A program made the translations under genes and the position numbers. DNA of 63,533 nucleotides, filler included, from Octopus bimaculoides (lineage: Eukaryota): NCBI RefSeq assembly GCF_001194135.2. It is 5 parts of 5 records of this genome, joined end to end, with 100 filler letters (N's around TTAATTAATTAA, not from the genome) between each part and the next. Parts side by side here need not be neighbours in the genome. Positions count along the whole stretch, not along the records: positions 1 to 24,346 come from NC_068988.1; 4 more parts are not named here. One strand, written 5' to 3'. A model generated the notes under the pieces. The model was not told the origin of the DNA and searched no databases. It saw only the letters and a program-made list of their open reading frames with translations. This document shows, one piece after another, positions 1 through 12,693 of this stretch (its first letter is position 1; each line of letters starts with the position of its first letter).

Positions 1-42
<42 letters not shown>

Positions 43-385
43 CATATAATGTGTGTGTATATATATATATGTATATATTCATATATATATGAATATATAT
101 AGATATATGAATGCATATATTCATATATACATATATACATATGTACATACATGCATACATAAGCATATTAAATTTATATTTAAACAAGTTGTATATGTAT
201 AATACATATACATACATGGATACATCCACACACACATAAATACAAAGAAACATACAAAACGCGTACACTCATACATACACACACATACACACATGCATAC
301 ATATATGCATGCACACATACATACAAACATAAACAACACATACATACACACATACAAAAGCATACAAACATTCAAAAAAACAAAC

Positions 386-416
<31 letters not shown>

Positions 417-422
417 CATACA
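1..422. repeat. Compound (TA)n/(CATA)n/(CA)n microsatellite
   Basis: Directly visible low-complexity repeats; ORFs 121..423 and 180..371 are their translations. Confidence 0.95.
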
Positions 423-2227
423 TGCTAAAAACGTTGAAACGAATACTTCTCTTGAAATGAAGAAGTTCTTAAATACTTCTGGAGGCGGTCTTTTGAGAAT
501 TAAAATGAANNNNNNNNNNNNNNNNNNNNNNNNNNNNNNNNNNNNNNNNNNNNNNNNNNNNNNNNNNNNNNNNNNNNNNNNNNNNNNNNNNNNNNNNNNN
601 NNNNNNNNNNNNNNNNNNNNNNNNNNNNNNNNNNNNNNNNNNNNNNNNNNNNNNNNNNNNNNNNNNNNNNNNNNNNNNNNNNNNNNNNNNNNNNNNNNNN
701 NNNNNNNNNNNNNNNNNNNNNNNNNNNNNNNNNNNNNNNNNNNNNNNNNNNNNNNNNNNNNNNNNNNNNNNNNNNNNNNNNNNNNNNNNNNNNNNNNNNN
801 NNNNNNNNNNNNNNNNNNNNNNNNNNNNNNNNNNNNNNNNNNNNNNNNNNNNNNNNNNNNNNNNNNNNNNNNNNNNNNNNNNNNNNNNNNNNNNNNNNNN
901 NNNNNNNNNNNNNNNNNNNNNNNNNNNNNNNNNNNNNNNNNNNNNNNNNNNNNNNNNNNNNNNNNNNNNNNNNNNNNNNNNNNNNNNNNNNNNNNNNNNN
1001 NNNNNNNNNNNNNNNNNNNNNNNNNNNNNNNNNNNNNNNNNNNNNNNNNNNNNNNNNNNNNNNNNNNNNNNNNNNNNNNNNNNNNNNNNNNNNNNNNNNN
1101 NNNNNNNNNNNNNNNNNNNNNNNNNNNNNNNNNNNNNNNNNNNNNNNNNNNNNNNNNNNNNNNNNNNNNNNNNNNNNNNNNNNNNNNNNNNNNNNNNNNN
1201 NNNNNNNNNNNNNNNNNNNNNNNNNNNNNNNNNNNNNNNNNNNNNNNNNNNNNNATATATATATATATATATATATACGGATAAACGTATATGGAAAACT
1301 ATGTGTTAAATATAATTGTTTTTTTTTTAATTATGTATTAATGCATAAGTATATGTGTAGATATATGAATGGGTGCTAAAATTTGAAACCAATACTGAAA
1401 GACATTTCTTTTTATCAACACAGGATATCTCATAGAATTTTGCGTTTCTATTGAGAAAAGAGCGTGTATATATATGTATACATATATATGCATATCTTGT
1501 TATTCATATGTATATAATTTTATCTAGAAGTGTATATCTTGAATGTGTCTGTGTGCATATGAGTGCATATATGTATGTACATGTATATATATATTTATTT
1601 ATACGTATAGATGTATGTATATATGTGCACTGTGTATATATGATAAAACTGAGGTCCATTCTGTCTATGATTATTTTATAATTTATCAGTTTTTCATATT
1701 AATTCAATCAGTTTCTTAAACAAATTATAAACGTAATCACTGATTTATTCTCTCATTTATATGATAATATTTTTACTGTAACTCACTACCTAACATATAT
1801 TTACCATTATACAACCTATTGCCCACTGGCCAAGGTTTATACCAATATTGGTAATTAAATGAGATTCAGTTTGTTGAGATATTTTGGAAGAATACCATGT
1901 AGTAACCTAACGATATGTCTTTTTCACTCCTCTGACAACATTTTGCCCAATAAAATGTCTCCCGAGTAAAAATGGAAATATCTTTAGGGTCATTTCTTGA
2001 AGCATAGAAAATTTAAACAAAAATAATTCCATTTCTGGAATTGTTCATAGGTTCGAAGTTACTCGGGATTCGATTCCCCGCGGGTGATAGTGCCCACCTT
2101 TTTCATCTCAGGGGATTTTTTTATGTCATATATCATAGTTCTATTACTTGTCATATTTTTTCAAGGATTCAATATTCCGTTCAAAATACATATAAACGTC
2201 AGTTGTATGTGTGTGCGTATGTGTGTG

Positions 2228-2259
<32 letters not shown>

Positions 2260-2270
2260 CGTGCGTGTGT

Positions 2271-2410
2271 GAAGGCGCGTGGCCTAAGTGTTAGAGTGTT
2301 GAGCAGACGTTTATATGGTCATTTGTTCCATTCCTTGATTGAGCGGTTTTAATATCCTAAAGCAACTTCACGTTGCTTTAATCTACACCAGGTAAAAATG
2401 AGTGGTAGCC
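2271..2410 (+). mobile_element. Degenerate tRNA-derived SINE (family D-like)
   Basis: Head GAAGGCGCGTGGCCTAAGTGTTAGAGTG (A-box-like). Body AACTTCACGTTGCTTTAATCTACACCAGGTAAAAATGAG aligns to the family D copy at 42868-43200. Confidence 0.5.
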
Positions 2411-2425
2411 GAATTCAGGTGCAAA

Positions 2426-2476
<51 letters not shown>

Positions 2477-2616
2477 AGCTGTCATATTCTCGATATTCTG
2501 CTGGGTTGAAAGCAATAGGGCCGAGGTGTCTATGTCTGCTTTGCAACCATACAGGCAACGAAAACAATTAGTGAAAGTGTGGTACAAGCTACCACTTACC
2601 AGTGATTGACGGCTAA

Positions 2617-2647
<31 letters not shown>

Positions 2648-3110
2648 CATACATACATACGAAGTTGCATGACTACTGCAGCGTATCATCAGACGAAAGC
2701 ATGAGCAATTGTCTAATGGGAACAAATATCGGTAAAATATCGAAGTCATTGTCAATAAAATTATTTAATTGTCGTTCTTACATTGTGTGTGCGTAGACAC
2801 ACGTATATATGTGTGTGTGTATATGAATCTGTGTATGAATATATGTGCTGCGCGCTTATACGTAGTTGTTTATGTATGCAGGTATGTGTGTATGTATCAT
2901 TACATAAAAGCCTGTATTTGTTCGCAACGTTACGTAATTCGAAAACGCATCCATAAGAATTTAACTTCCCACTTAAATTAAATAAAGTCAGTTGACGTGT
3001 TTGGCCATTAGAGAACTCATAATATAGTAATAGAGAGAAACCCTGAAAGAGGAAGAGAAACAGATAGCGAGTTTGAGAGAGGGAGAGTGAGGGAGAGAAA
3101 GAGTGAGAAG

Positions 3111-3177
3111 GAGAAAGGGAGAGATATTGAATAAGGAGAAAGGGAGAGATATTGAATAAGGAGTAAGAAGAGTGGTA
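3111..3177. repeat. 25-bp tandem duplication GGGAGAGATATTGAATAAGGAGAAA (about 2 copies)
   Basis: Directly visible. Confidence 0.8.
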
Positions 3178-3266
3178 GAATAGAAAAATACGAAGATGCA
3201 GCACTGAGGTGGAAGCGGAGTACTTGGCAATTGATACAAAAGAATGAGAGATACGGGAAGACTGGC

Positions 3267-3270
<4 letters not shown>

Positions 3271-3354
<84 letters not shown>
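3271..3354. repeat. Perfect (AC)n microsatellite, about 42 units
   Basis: Directly visible. Confidence 0.98.
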
Positions 3355-3359
<5 letters not shown>

Positions 3360-3409
3360 AACAATCTTTATGAAATATATAAAAGATAAAAGGCAATGTA
3401 TTGGCATAC

Positions 3410-3643
3410 TCGTTATTACGACGGATAGAATCTCACCAAAGCCACCTACACTCTTCATCTTTTTTAGAATCGGTAAACCAAAATATTCCGCTGGATCAGG
3501 AATGGGAGGGCAAGTAGGCTGCGTTTGCTCACCGTTACAGAGACACTTGACGAAACAATTAACGAAACCGTATCTCATGGTTCCAAGTCATCTTTCGTCG
3601 CGAGTGACTGAGGTGGGTTTTTTTAAATACGTATATGGTGGGG
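3410..3643. other. Candidate small exon, strand unresolved
   Basis: Unique, GC-richer island between microsatellites. Plus strand: acceptor CTCTTCATCTTTTTTAG|3468, open frame IGKPKYSAGSGMGGQVGCVCSPLQRHLTKQLTKPYLMVPSHLSSRVTE, donors GTGGGT (3613) and GTGAGT (3644). Minus strand: open frame ...CLCNGEQTQPTCPPIPDPAEYFGLPILKKMKSVGGF with donors GTGAGA/GTATGC. No family recognised. Confidence 0.2.
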
Positions 3644-4052
3644 GTGAGTTTATACCTGCATGTGTACATACGTGTATGCATATATGTGCGCATATACATG
3701 CGTTCGTGTACACATGAATACATACGAACACTTATAAATATTTGATATATATGTATGCATACATACATATATATATATATACATATAAATCTATATATAT
3801 ATATATATNNNNNNNNNNNNNNNNNNNNNNNNNNNNNNNNNNNNNNNNNNNNNNNNNNNNNNNNNNNNNNNNNNNNNNNNNNNNNNNNNNNNNNNNNNNN
3901 NNNNNNNNNNNNNNNNNNNNNNNNNNNNNNNNNNNNNNNNNNNNNNNNNNNNNNNNNNNNNNNNNNNNNNNNNNNNNNNNNNNNNNNNNNNNNNNNNNNN
4001 NNNNNNNNNNNNNNNNNNNNNNNNNNNNNNNNNNNNNNNNNNNNNNNNNNNN

Positions 4053-4116
<64 letters not shown>

Positions 4117-4514
4117 ATTTATGTGTATGTGTGTGTGTATATATATATATACTGCGTATATATAATCTGTATATGTGCAACATATGCTTTTTGAATATGT
4201 ATATGTGTATTTTATGCATCTGCACATCCGCACTTCCACACATTTCTGCACGTGTGTACGCACGCGTGCGTATGTGTGTGCGCGCGTGCGAGTGTCTACA
4301 TGGTGTAACTGTATTTAAACAAAGAACACTTTCCTGTGTGATTATGTGCTTGTAATTATATGCATGCAAGTATGTGTGTGTGTGTGTGTGCATGTGTGTG
4401 TGTGCATGAAGGTATGCGTATGTAAAGTATACGTATACATCAATGTTAATTGCTCATTTCGAAGTATATGTGTTAGTTACTGAGCAACAGAGTAAGAGGT
4501 GCGTTTATGTGTAC

Positions 4515-4551
<37 letters not shown>

Positions 4552-5114
4552 NNNNNNNNNNNNNNNNNNNNNNNNNNNNNNNNNNNNNNNNNNNNNNNNN
4601 NNNNNNNNNNNNNNNNNNNNNNNNNNNNNNNNNNNNNNNNNNNNNNNNNNNNNNNNNNNNNNNNNNNNNNNNNNNNNNNNNNNNNNNNNNNNNNNNNNNN
4701 NNNNNNNNNNNNNNNNNNNNNNNNNNNNNNNNNNNNNNNNNNNNNNNNNNNNNNNNNNNNNNNNNNNNNNNNNNNNNNNNNNNNNNNNNNNNNNNNNNNN
4801 NNNNNNNNNNNNNNNNNNNNNNNNNNNNNNNNNNNNNNNNNNNNNNNNNNNNNNNNNNNNNNNNNNNNNNNNNNNNNNNNNNNNNNNNNNNNNNNNNNNN
4901 NNNNNNNNNNNNNNNNNNNNNNNNNNNNNNNNNNNNNNNNNNNNNNNNNNNNNNNNNNNNNNNNNNNNNNNNNNNNNNNNNNNNNNNNNNNNNNNNNNNN
5001 NNNNNNNNNNNNNNNNNNNNNNNNNNNNNNNNNNNNNNNNNNNNNNNNNNNNNNNNNNNNNNNNNNNNNNNNNNNNNNNNNNNNNATATGTATATGTACG
5101 AACATATTTACATA

Positions 5115-5149
<35 letters not shown>

Positions 5150-5879
5150 ACATATGTGTGTGTGTGTGTATGCGTGTATTTTGCGTTTGCACAAATTGGG
5201 TTACAAGAAGATGAATATTGTGGCGGCGGCGGCGGCGGTGGTTGCGGTGGCGCTGGCGGCGACGGGAGAAATGCGCAACGACGTAAGGGGACCTCATGCT
5301 GAGTGCAATAATAAAGACATGACTTGTATAGTAAAGGCGTTAACCAATTATGATAATGACCTGGTGAGCTACTCACTTCGGTGTGTGTATGTGTGTGTGT
5401 GTGTGTCTTTGTATTTGCATGTATGTTTTGTGTGTGTGTCTGTGTGTGTGTGTGTGCGTGTGATTGTAGGTGTGTGTAAGTGAATATGTATTTTGATTTG
5501 TGTAGGTTTGTATTTGTGTCTGTTTCTGCGAGTGTGCGAATACAATTGAGCGTTGGTGTATTTATGCTCGTATGTGTATATGTTAGTGTGTGTGCTTGCG
5601 TTAGTTAATGGGTGTGTTTGTGTGTATGTGCGATTTTGATTGTGGTGGTATGTGAATGGATGAATATGTATTTGTGTCTGTGTCTATGAAAATGCGAGCA
5701 TGACTCTGTATGTGAGTTTCTATGCGTATGTATTGGTGTGTGTATATTAGTGTTTGCGATTGCCGTTGTGTGTGTGTGAGTTTGGATTTGTGTACGTGCC
5801 TACGTCTGTATGTATATATGTGAGTATATGGGTGTGTCCCTGTATGTATGTGCATGTGCTTGCATGTTTCTGTGTGCAT

Positions 5880-5916
<37 letters not shown>

Positions 5917-6027
5917 TTTATGTGCAACAACAGAAAATTTCGCTTTACTCCCATAACCTCATTCTTTTTCTCTTCCTCATCGTAATTCTCATTAATGTGG
6001 TTGATGCTGCTGCTACTGCTACTGCTG

Positions 6028-6061
<34 letters not shown>

Positions 6062-6136
6062 AGTTGTTGTTGCTGTCGCTGCAACTTCTGTCGTTATTGA
6101 TGACGATGATGATGTCCCTATTGCAATATAGTTGCC

Positions 6137-6752
6137 TTTAATTTAGCCGCAAGGTCGATAATTTTGAGAAGAAAGAGTTACTTAATGCCATTGACCCCAG
6201 TATTTCAATGGTATTTTATTTCGGTCTTCCCCGAAAGAAAGAAAGCGAACTTGACCAAAACATAAAGAGTCGGAACAAATACCGGAAGACATATGGTCCG
6301 ACGTAATAACGATTTTTTGACAGCTCACCATTTTCGGTTTCTAATTTAGACAGAAGATCAGCAGATTTGAGAGGAGAGAAATAATCGATACGAACGATCA
6401 TCGTACTTGATCGGTTCCCTATTCATCCCATGAAAAGCAAAGTTGACCTTGGCAGGAATTAAACTCAGAACGTTAAAGAACCGGAAGGAGTACCGCAAAA
6501 AGGCATTTCTTTCGATGCTCTAACAATTCTACGAATCTAAATGCCTTGCCAGAATTCTTAGCACGCCGGACAAAATGCTTAGCGGCATTATTTCGTCCGT
6601 CTTTATGTTCTGAGTTCAAATTCTGCCGAGGTCGACTTTGCCTTTCATCCTTTCGGGGTCGATAAATTAAGTACCAATAAAACACTGGAGTCGACATAAT
6701 TGACTCTTCCCTCCCCCAAAATGGCTGCCCTGTGGCAAAATTTGAAACCATC

Positions 6753-6797
<45 letters not shown>

Positions 6798-6998
6798 GTT
6801 ACAAATTTTGCCACAAGGGCAACAATTTTGGGGGCGGGTACAAATCGATTACATCGACTCTAGTACTCTAATGGGTACGTTCTTTTATCGACCCCGAAAG
6901 AACGATAAGTAAAATTGAATTCAGAACGGAAAGAGCAGTACCATATACTGCAAAGCATCTTTTTCCCAACATTTAAACGGTCCTGCTAAACAACTGCC
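6137..6998. mobile_element. Cluster of four SINE-A copies (-,-,+,-): about 6137-6329, 6335-6536, 6542-6796, 6797-6998
   Basis: Matches to the SINE-A head (GAGCTGGCAGAATCGTTAGCACGCCGG), B box (GAGTTCAAATTC) and core (GAGGTCGACTTTGCCTTTCATCCTTTCGGGGTCGATAAATTAAGTACCA). The last two copies meet tail-to-tail at one (AAT)n tract. Confidence 0.8.
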
Positions 6999-7468
6999 AT
7001 ATATTTCTATGTAATGGCCTTCACAAAAGAAACATTATTTCACCACATCATGAAATAATCGACTGAAAGCAGATAGCAGAAAACAAGACTTCAATCTGTC
7101 TCTTTTATGTTGCAATGAGTTAAACTCAAGTGTTTTAATTTATCTTTAGAACGTAAATGAAAACAATCGTGTCTGGTTGTCTACCCATTTCTCTTAGAAT
7201 ATAAGCGTTTAAATATACATACTTCCCTGCATATGTGTGTCTGTGTGTGTCTGTGTGTGTACGTATACGTTTACTTATATATTTAACATGTAAAAAACTA
7301 GTAATATTTATTCTATTCCAGGTATTTTCACACAACCTTGATTAGAGTTGTTTATTTATTTATTCAGTTTTGTTTATTTGTGGGGGAGGGTGAAGATCGG
7401 GAGAACAACTTGCAAATTATAATGTGCATATGTGTATGTGTGTATGAGTATGCTGCGTGTGTGTGTCT

Positions 7469-7508
<40 letters not shown>

Positions 7509-8662
7509 NNNNNNNNNNNNNNNNNNNNNNNNNNNNNNNNNNNNNNNNNNNNNNNNNNNNNNNNNNNNNNNNNNNNNNNNNNNNNNNNNNNNNNNNNNNN
7601 NNNNNNNNNNNNNNNNNNNNNNNNNNNNNNNNNNNNNNNNNNNNNNNNNNNNNNNNNNNNNNNNNNNNNNNNNNNNNNNNNNNNNNNNNNNNNNNNNNNN
7701 NNNNNNNNNNNNNNNNNNNNNNNNNNNNNNNNNNNNNNNNNNNNNNNNNNNNNNNNNNNNNNNNNNNNNNNNNNNNNNNNNNNNNNNNNNNNNNNNNNNN
7801 NNNNNNNNNNNNNNNNNNNNNNNNNNNNNNNNNNNNNNNNNNNNNNNNNNNNNNNNNNNNNNNNNNNNNNNNNNNNNNNNNNNNNNNNNNNNNNNNNNNN
7901 NNNNNNNNNNNNNNNNNNNNNNNNNNNNNNNNNNNNNNNNNNNNNNNNNNNNNNNNNNNNNNNNNNNNNNNNNNNNNNNNNNNNNNNNNNNNNNNNNNNN
8001 NNNNNNNNNNNNNNNNNNNNNNNNNNNNNNNNNNNNNNNNNNNNNNNNNNNNNNNNNNNNNNNNNNNNNNNNNNNNNNNNNNNNNNNNNNNNNNNNNNNN
8101 NNNNNNNNNNNNNNNNNNNNNNNNNNNNNNNNNNNNNNNNNNNNNNNNNNNNNNNNNNNNNNNNNNNNNNNNNNNNNNNNNNNNNNNNNNNNNNNNNNNN
8201 NNNNNNNNNNNNNNNNNNNNNNNNNNNNNNNNNNNNNNNNNNNNNNNNNNNNNNNNNNNNNNNNNNNNNNNNNNNNNNNNNNNNNNNNNNNNNNNNNNNN
8301 NNNNNNNNNNNNNNNNNNNNNNNNNNNNNNNNNNNNNNNNNNNNNNNNNNNNNNNNNNNNNNNNNNNNNNNNNNNNNNNNNNNNNNNNNNNNNNNNNNNN
8401 NNNNNNNNNNNNNNNNNGGTGGAAAACAACAGGAACAATACCATATATCCAACGCAAGGTATAATGTGTGTGTGTGTGTGTGTGTGTTCAATTCCTTCAA
8501 GAATCAATAAATAAATTTATAGTTTTCAGTCTCTAAAGTGTCTAAAAGGTACGGTAAAAAGACAGGCAAATACAACGATATAAACTTCAGAAATATCATG
8601 AATGTTCAATATATATATATATATATATATGTATACACACACAGATAATATATTATGTGTAA

Positions 8663-8760
8663 GGTGGCAGGTAGCAGAATGTTTAGCACGCCGAGCTAAA
8701 ATGCTCAGCGGCATTTCGTCGTTTTTACGTCCTAAGTTCAAATCCCGCCAAGATCGACTT
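8663..8760 (+). mobile_element. SINE-A 5' fragment (tRNA-derived head only)
   Basis: GGTGGCAGGTAGCAGAATGTTTAGCACGCCG...AAGTTCAAATCCCGCCAAGATCGACTT, cut off by (AT)n. Confidence 0.75.
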
Positions 8761-10036
8761 ATATATATATATATATAAACTTTGCTTACGTCTAAAAAGT
8801 GCTTGGCGCTCACAGTATGGTAATATATGCGTGTGTGTATGTATATTCTTTCTTGAAAATGGATGCGTGGCGTTCAAATAATATAAATATGTACGAGAGA
8901 ATGAAATGAGAAGTAGATAGACAACCGACAACTGATGAAGTGTCGTTCTTTGTGTTACTTGTCCTGTTTTCCATTTTTTTCTCTCATTGTTTGCGTATTT
9001 AACTCCTTTGTTTTCGTATATATATATTTAACTCATTTGCTTTCGTATATATATATATATATATAATACAAACAAGCGCGTTCTCAGATGCACGCATACC
9101 ACAAAGCCGTAACCTTCACCCCAAAAATAGCAAGAAATACATCCACTACCTTTTCTTGCTCCACCAGAGATTCTAACTTAAATTACCTTAGCACTTCCAG
9201 ATCTTATAATGTGACTCAATTCTTAACTCTTTATTGACCCCGTTAAGTATCATAACAACATAATTACATAATACATATTTAAAGTAATTGCATGCTAACC
9301 AATTATGTATTCTTTGTTTATTATTCTTTCTTTACACCTTAATTACGTAACTCTTCAACCTTTACCCTATCCTCGTCTATTTAATTACCTTCCGCGGTTA
9401 CCGTACCTTAAACTCTGACATTGTTGCGTATAACCTATCATTTCTCTACGTTCCTTAATTACTCGTTCCTTTCAAGATCCTGCTGGTATTTTTCACCTGT
9501 TTGGTTATTTTTCCTTTACTAATTTCATGTTCTTTTCGCAGACCTAACTGATATCCTTATCGTAATGTTCGTTTTACACCTATCACATATCTCACACTCT
9601 TAACCTAACGTTCTTTTTGCCTAGAGTTTAATTTCTGTCATTTCCATGTCCTGTTGTTTGAAGCAGAATCTTATTTCTCTTTTGAGCAGATTCAATATAT
9701 TATTATTGTGTTTGCAGCTGTCCCTGATTTTTTATGAAGTTGGTTATTTTTTTCTTGGTGTGCGATTGGGTTAGGGCTGGATTTTATTTTTATGTTACCT
9801 GGTGGGATGCATCTGTAATTATTTTGTTGAGTGTTTCTTGTGCTGGGGTAGCAACGGTAGAGGCGGTGGGTGGCGAGAGTATGCCTTAAGGACAAGGGAC
9901 GGAACTGGGTTACAGAAACGCCATTGCTGCAACGGCAAGAACGCCTGGACTAGATGCTTCCCATTTAGAGAGTGTACGACGTCTGCTTTCACACAAATAC
10001 AGGCACACACTAACACACAACGCACAAGCACACACA

Positions 10037-10480
10037 GTGGTGAGCTGGCAGAATCGTTAGCACGCCGGGCGAAATGCTTAGTGTACTTCGCCCGTCGCTA
10101 CGTTCTGAGTTCAAATTCCGCCGAGGTCGACTTTGCCTTTCATCCTTTCAGAGTCGATAAATTAAGTACTAGTTGCGTACTGGGTCGATCTAATCGATTG
10201 GATCCCTCCCCAAAAAATTTCAGGCCTTGCTCCTATAGCAGAAAGGATTATTATTATTATTATTATTATAAAGGCGGCGAGCTGGCAGAATCGTTAGCAC
10301 GCCGGGCAAAATGCTGAACGGTATTTCATCCGTCCTTACGTTCTGAGTTCGAATTTCGCCGTGGTCGACTTTGCCTTTCATCCTTTTGGTGTTCATAAAT
10401 TAAGTACCAGTGAAACCAGTCAATGTAATCGACTAGTCCCCTCTCCCAAAATTTCAGGCCCTGTGCCTTTAGTAGAAAGG

Positions 10481-10524
<44 letters not shown>

Positions 10525-10802
10525 CATTATCATCATCATCATCATTATTATTATTATTATTATTGAAGGTGGCGAGCTGGAAGAATCGTTAGCACGCTGG
10601 ACGAAATACTTGGCGGTATTTTGCCCGTCGCTGCGTTCTGAGTTCAAATTCCGGCGAGGTCGACTCTGCCTTTTATCCTTTCGGGGGTCGATGAATGAAG
10701 TACCAGTGAAACACTGGGGATCGATGTAATCGACTAGTCCCCCCCCCGCCACACACACACACACCAAATTTCAGGCCTTGTGCCTTTAGATAAAAGGATT
10801 AT
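10037..10802 (+). mobile_element. Three head-to-tail SINE-A copies (10037-10269, 10273-10564, 10568-10802)
   Basis: Each has the full head, B box, core and type-1 tail AAATTTCAGGCCTTGTGCCT.TAG.AGAAAGG. Copies 2 and 3 start immediately after the (ATT)n tail of the previous copy. Confidence 0.92.
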
Positions 10803-10892
10803 ATTTTTTCTTTCATTTTTATCTCAGGTTTTGTTGTAACTCCTGGAATCCTGCATCCTTAGCGGACTTTCTGCTTGCAGCCTACGGGTACC
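10803..10892 (-). mobile_element. Possible 3' UTR remnant of an R4/Dong-like LINE
   Basis: Weak similarity (TACC..AGG.T.CA.G.AG...CCGC and AACCTGAG) to the 3' UTR at 11069-11150; it abuts the start of the SINE-A tail. Confidence 0.35.
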
Positions 10893-10904
10893 ATGCTATC
10901 TGGT

Positions 10905-11034
10905 ACCGCCGGGGTCTGCTATGCCTTTCATCTTTTCGGGATCGATATACTAAGTACCAGTTAAGTACTGGGGTCGTTGTAATCGAGTTACCCCGTCTAT
11001 ATAAAATTCCTGGCCTTGCGCCAAAATTTGAAGC

Positions 11035-11068
<34 letters not shown>
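10905..11068 (+). mobile_element. 5'-truncated SINE-A with type-2 tail and (ATT)n
   Basis: GCCTTTCATCTTTTCGGGATCGATATACTAAGTACCAG...GGCCTTGCGCCAAAATTTGAAGCC(ATT)n. Confidence 0.8.
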
Positions 11069-11316
11069 GATGGTTTCACTCAGGTTCGTTCTTATTTTTG
11101 GTAGAATTTACGTGAGTTGCGGGTGACTACCTGTAACCTTAGGTATCCACAAGCTTTCAACAGTATTTCAAGTGCTTAAGGCCCTCCTGATAATCAATCC
11201 TGTCCCTCAGAGGCAAACTTTGTTTAGAAGCTCTGCAGGGCATTCTATTCCAATCTCCTTCAACCATTTGTCTATATATCTTTATTATTATTATTATTAA
11301 TATTATTATTATTATT

Positions 11317-11667
11317 ACAAGTCAGTAGTCTTGTTTTTGTTGCGTGCTTTCAATGCACTACCGAGTGCAGCTCTGTGTGCATCGGATACATGCTGTGGTT
11401 TGTTTCTGTGTTGTTTTTTTTTTTTTACTGTATTGAAAAATGCTCTACGCAAGATGTGTAGTGCCCAGCAGTGGTAATATCAGTATGTTATATATATTCG
11501 AAGACCTGCGGATCTGGTTATGTATTTATCGGCCTATTTTCTTTTTTCCTTTTTCCGTTTTCCGTTTTATTTCTAACCATACCTGAACCACCTATTATTA
11601 AAGAGATTGTTTCTGTTTTCAGGTTCCACATTTGGTTTACTGCATTTCGATAGTTTTCCCATTTCTT
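11317..11667 (-). mobile_element. 3' end of a second R4/Dong-like family nested in the first
   Basis: Minus frame EKKWENYRNAVNQMWNLKTETISLIIGGSGMVRNK...SNIYNILILPLLGTTHLA resembles the R4 RLE C-terminus; it is followed by a 3' UTR and an (AAT)n tail at 11284-11316. Confidence 0.65.
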
Positions 11668-11866
11668 CTCAATCGCTCATCGACTTTTTTTAAAGTTCCA
11701 CCTGGAAAGGAAAGTGTGGGTAGGTAAGGAGGTGCTCTCTCCCAGTGAATTTGTAAAAATGGTGGGTGACTGTGGCAAAAATGGACCTGCCTGTGGATTG
11801 GAGGACAACAGTTGGACGAGGGTTCGTGTCTTTGGTGGTCAGCGTAATCCTGGATCCGTGAGACTC
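11668..11866 (+). mobile_element. L1/Tx1-like ORF2 C-terminal fragment
   Basis: QSLIDFF/KFHLERKVWVGKEVLSPSEFVK/WVTVAKM is homologous to GQSL...ERQVLSHERFNKRWVNAAKI at 43445-43520 in this window. Confidence 0.55.
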
Positions 11867-12231
11867 CTTTACTATCTGATACTGTTGTTCCCAGGGACGC
11901 AACAATAATTGGCACTATCTTCACCTTCTTCATTTTCCATTGCCGGACTATTTTGTACTTAAGAGGGTTGTATTTATCTATCTTTTCACCTTTCTTCTTG
12001 ACTATTCGTGGGTCAAAGGGGCATGCAACATCAACTATATAGCGTATGTGGTGCACCTTGACCACCACCGCTAGGTCCGGTCTGTTATGCTCTAGCACCT
12101 GATCTATTCGGATTGGGAAATCCCAGAGGATTTTGCTAGTCTCCGACTCCACCACTCTCTACGGTTTGTGCTCATGCCACGTCTTGCCTCTCTCTAATCC
12201 GCACTTTTTGCACAGTTTCCTATGCAGCAGT

Positions 12232-12693
12232 GAAGGCGCAATGGCCCAGTGGTTAGAGCAGTGGACTCGCGATCATAGGATCGCGGTTTCGATTCCCAGA
12301 CCGGGCGTTGTGAGTGTTTATTGAGCNNNNNNNNNNNNNNNNNNNNNNNNNNNNNNNNNNNNNNNNNNNNNNNNNNNNNNNNNNNNNNNNNNNNNNNNNN
12401 NNNNNNNNNNNNNNNNNNNNNNNNNNNNNNNNNNNNNNNNNNNNNNNNNNNNNNNNNNNNNNNNNNNNNNNNNNNNNNNNNNNNNNNNNNNNNNNNNNNN
12501 NNNNNNNNNNNNNNNNNNNNNNNNNNNNNNNNNNNNNNNNNNNNNNNNNNNNNNNNNNNNNNNNNNNNNNNNNNNNNNNNNNNNNNNNNNNNNNNNNCTC
12601 AGCCACTTGCACGTTAATTTCACGAGCAGGCTGTCCCGTTGATCGGATCAACTGGAACCCTCGATGTCGTCAGCGACCAAGTGCCAACAACAA
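12232..12693 (+). mobile_element. SINE-C, (CAA)n tail, with 10-bp TSD CCTATGCAGC
   Basis: Head GAAGGCGCAATGGCCCAGTGGTTAG (A box) and GGTTTCGATTCCC (B box). TSD at 12219-12228 and 12694-12703. Middle hidden by the N gap. Confidence 0.9.

Noticed and set aside
2048-2105. tRNA-like GGGATTCGATTCCCC hairpin followed by a T-run
   Set aside because: No cloverleaf or convincing A box. All other A/B boxes in the window belong to SINE heads, so no tRNA gene is called.
8929-8970. CTGATGAAG as a hammerhead ribozyme core (also 48809)
   Set aside because: There is no GAAA after a stem II and no closing stems; at most these are remnants of an unclassified repeat.
10037-10802. Repeat-spacer appearance suggesting a CRISPR-like array
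   Set aside because: The units are 200+ bp SINEs separated by microsatellite tails in eukaryotic DNA; there are no cas genes.
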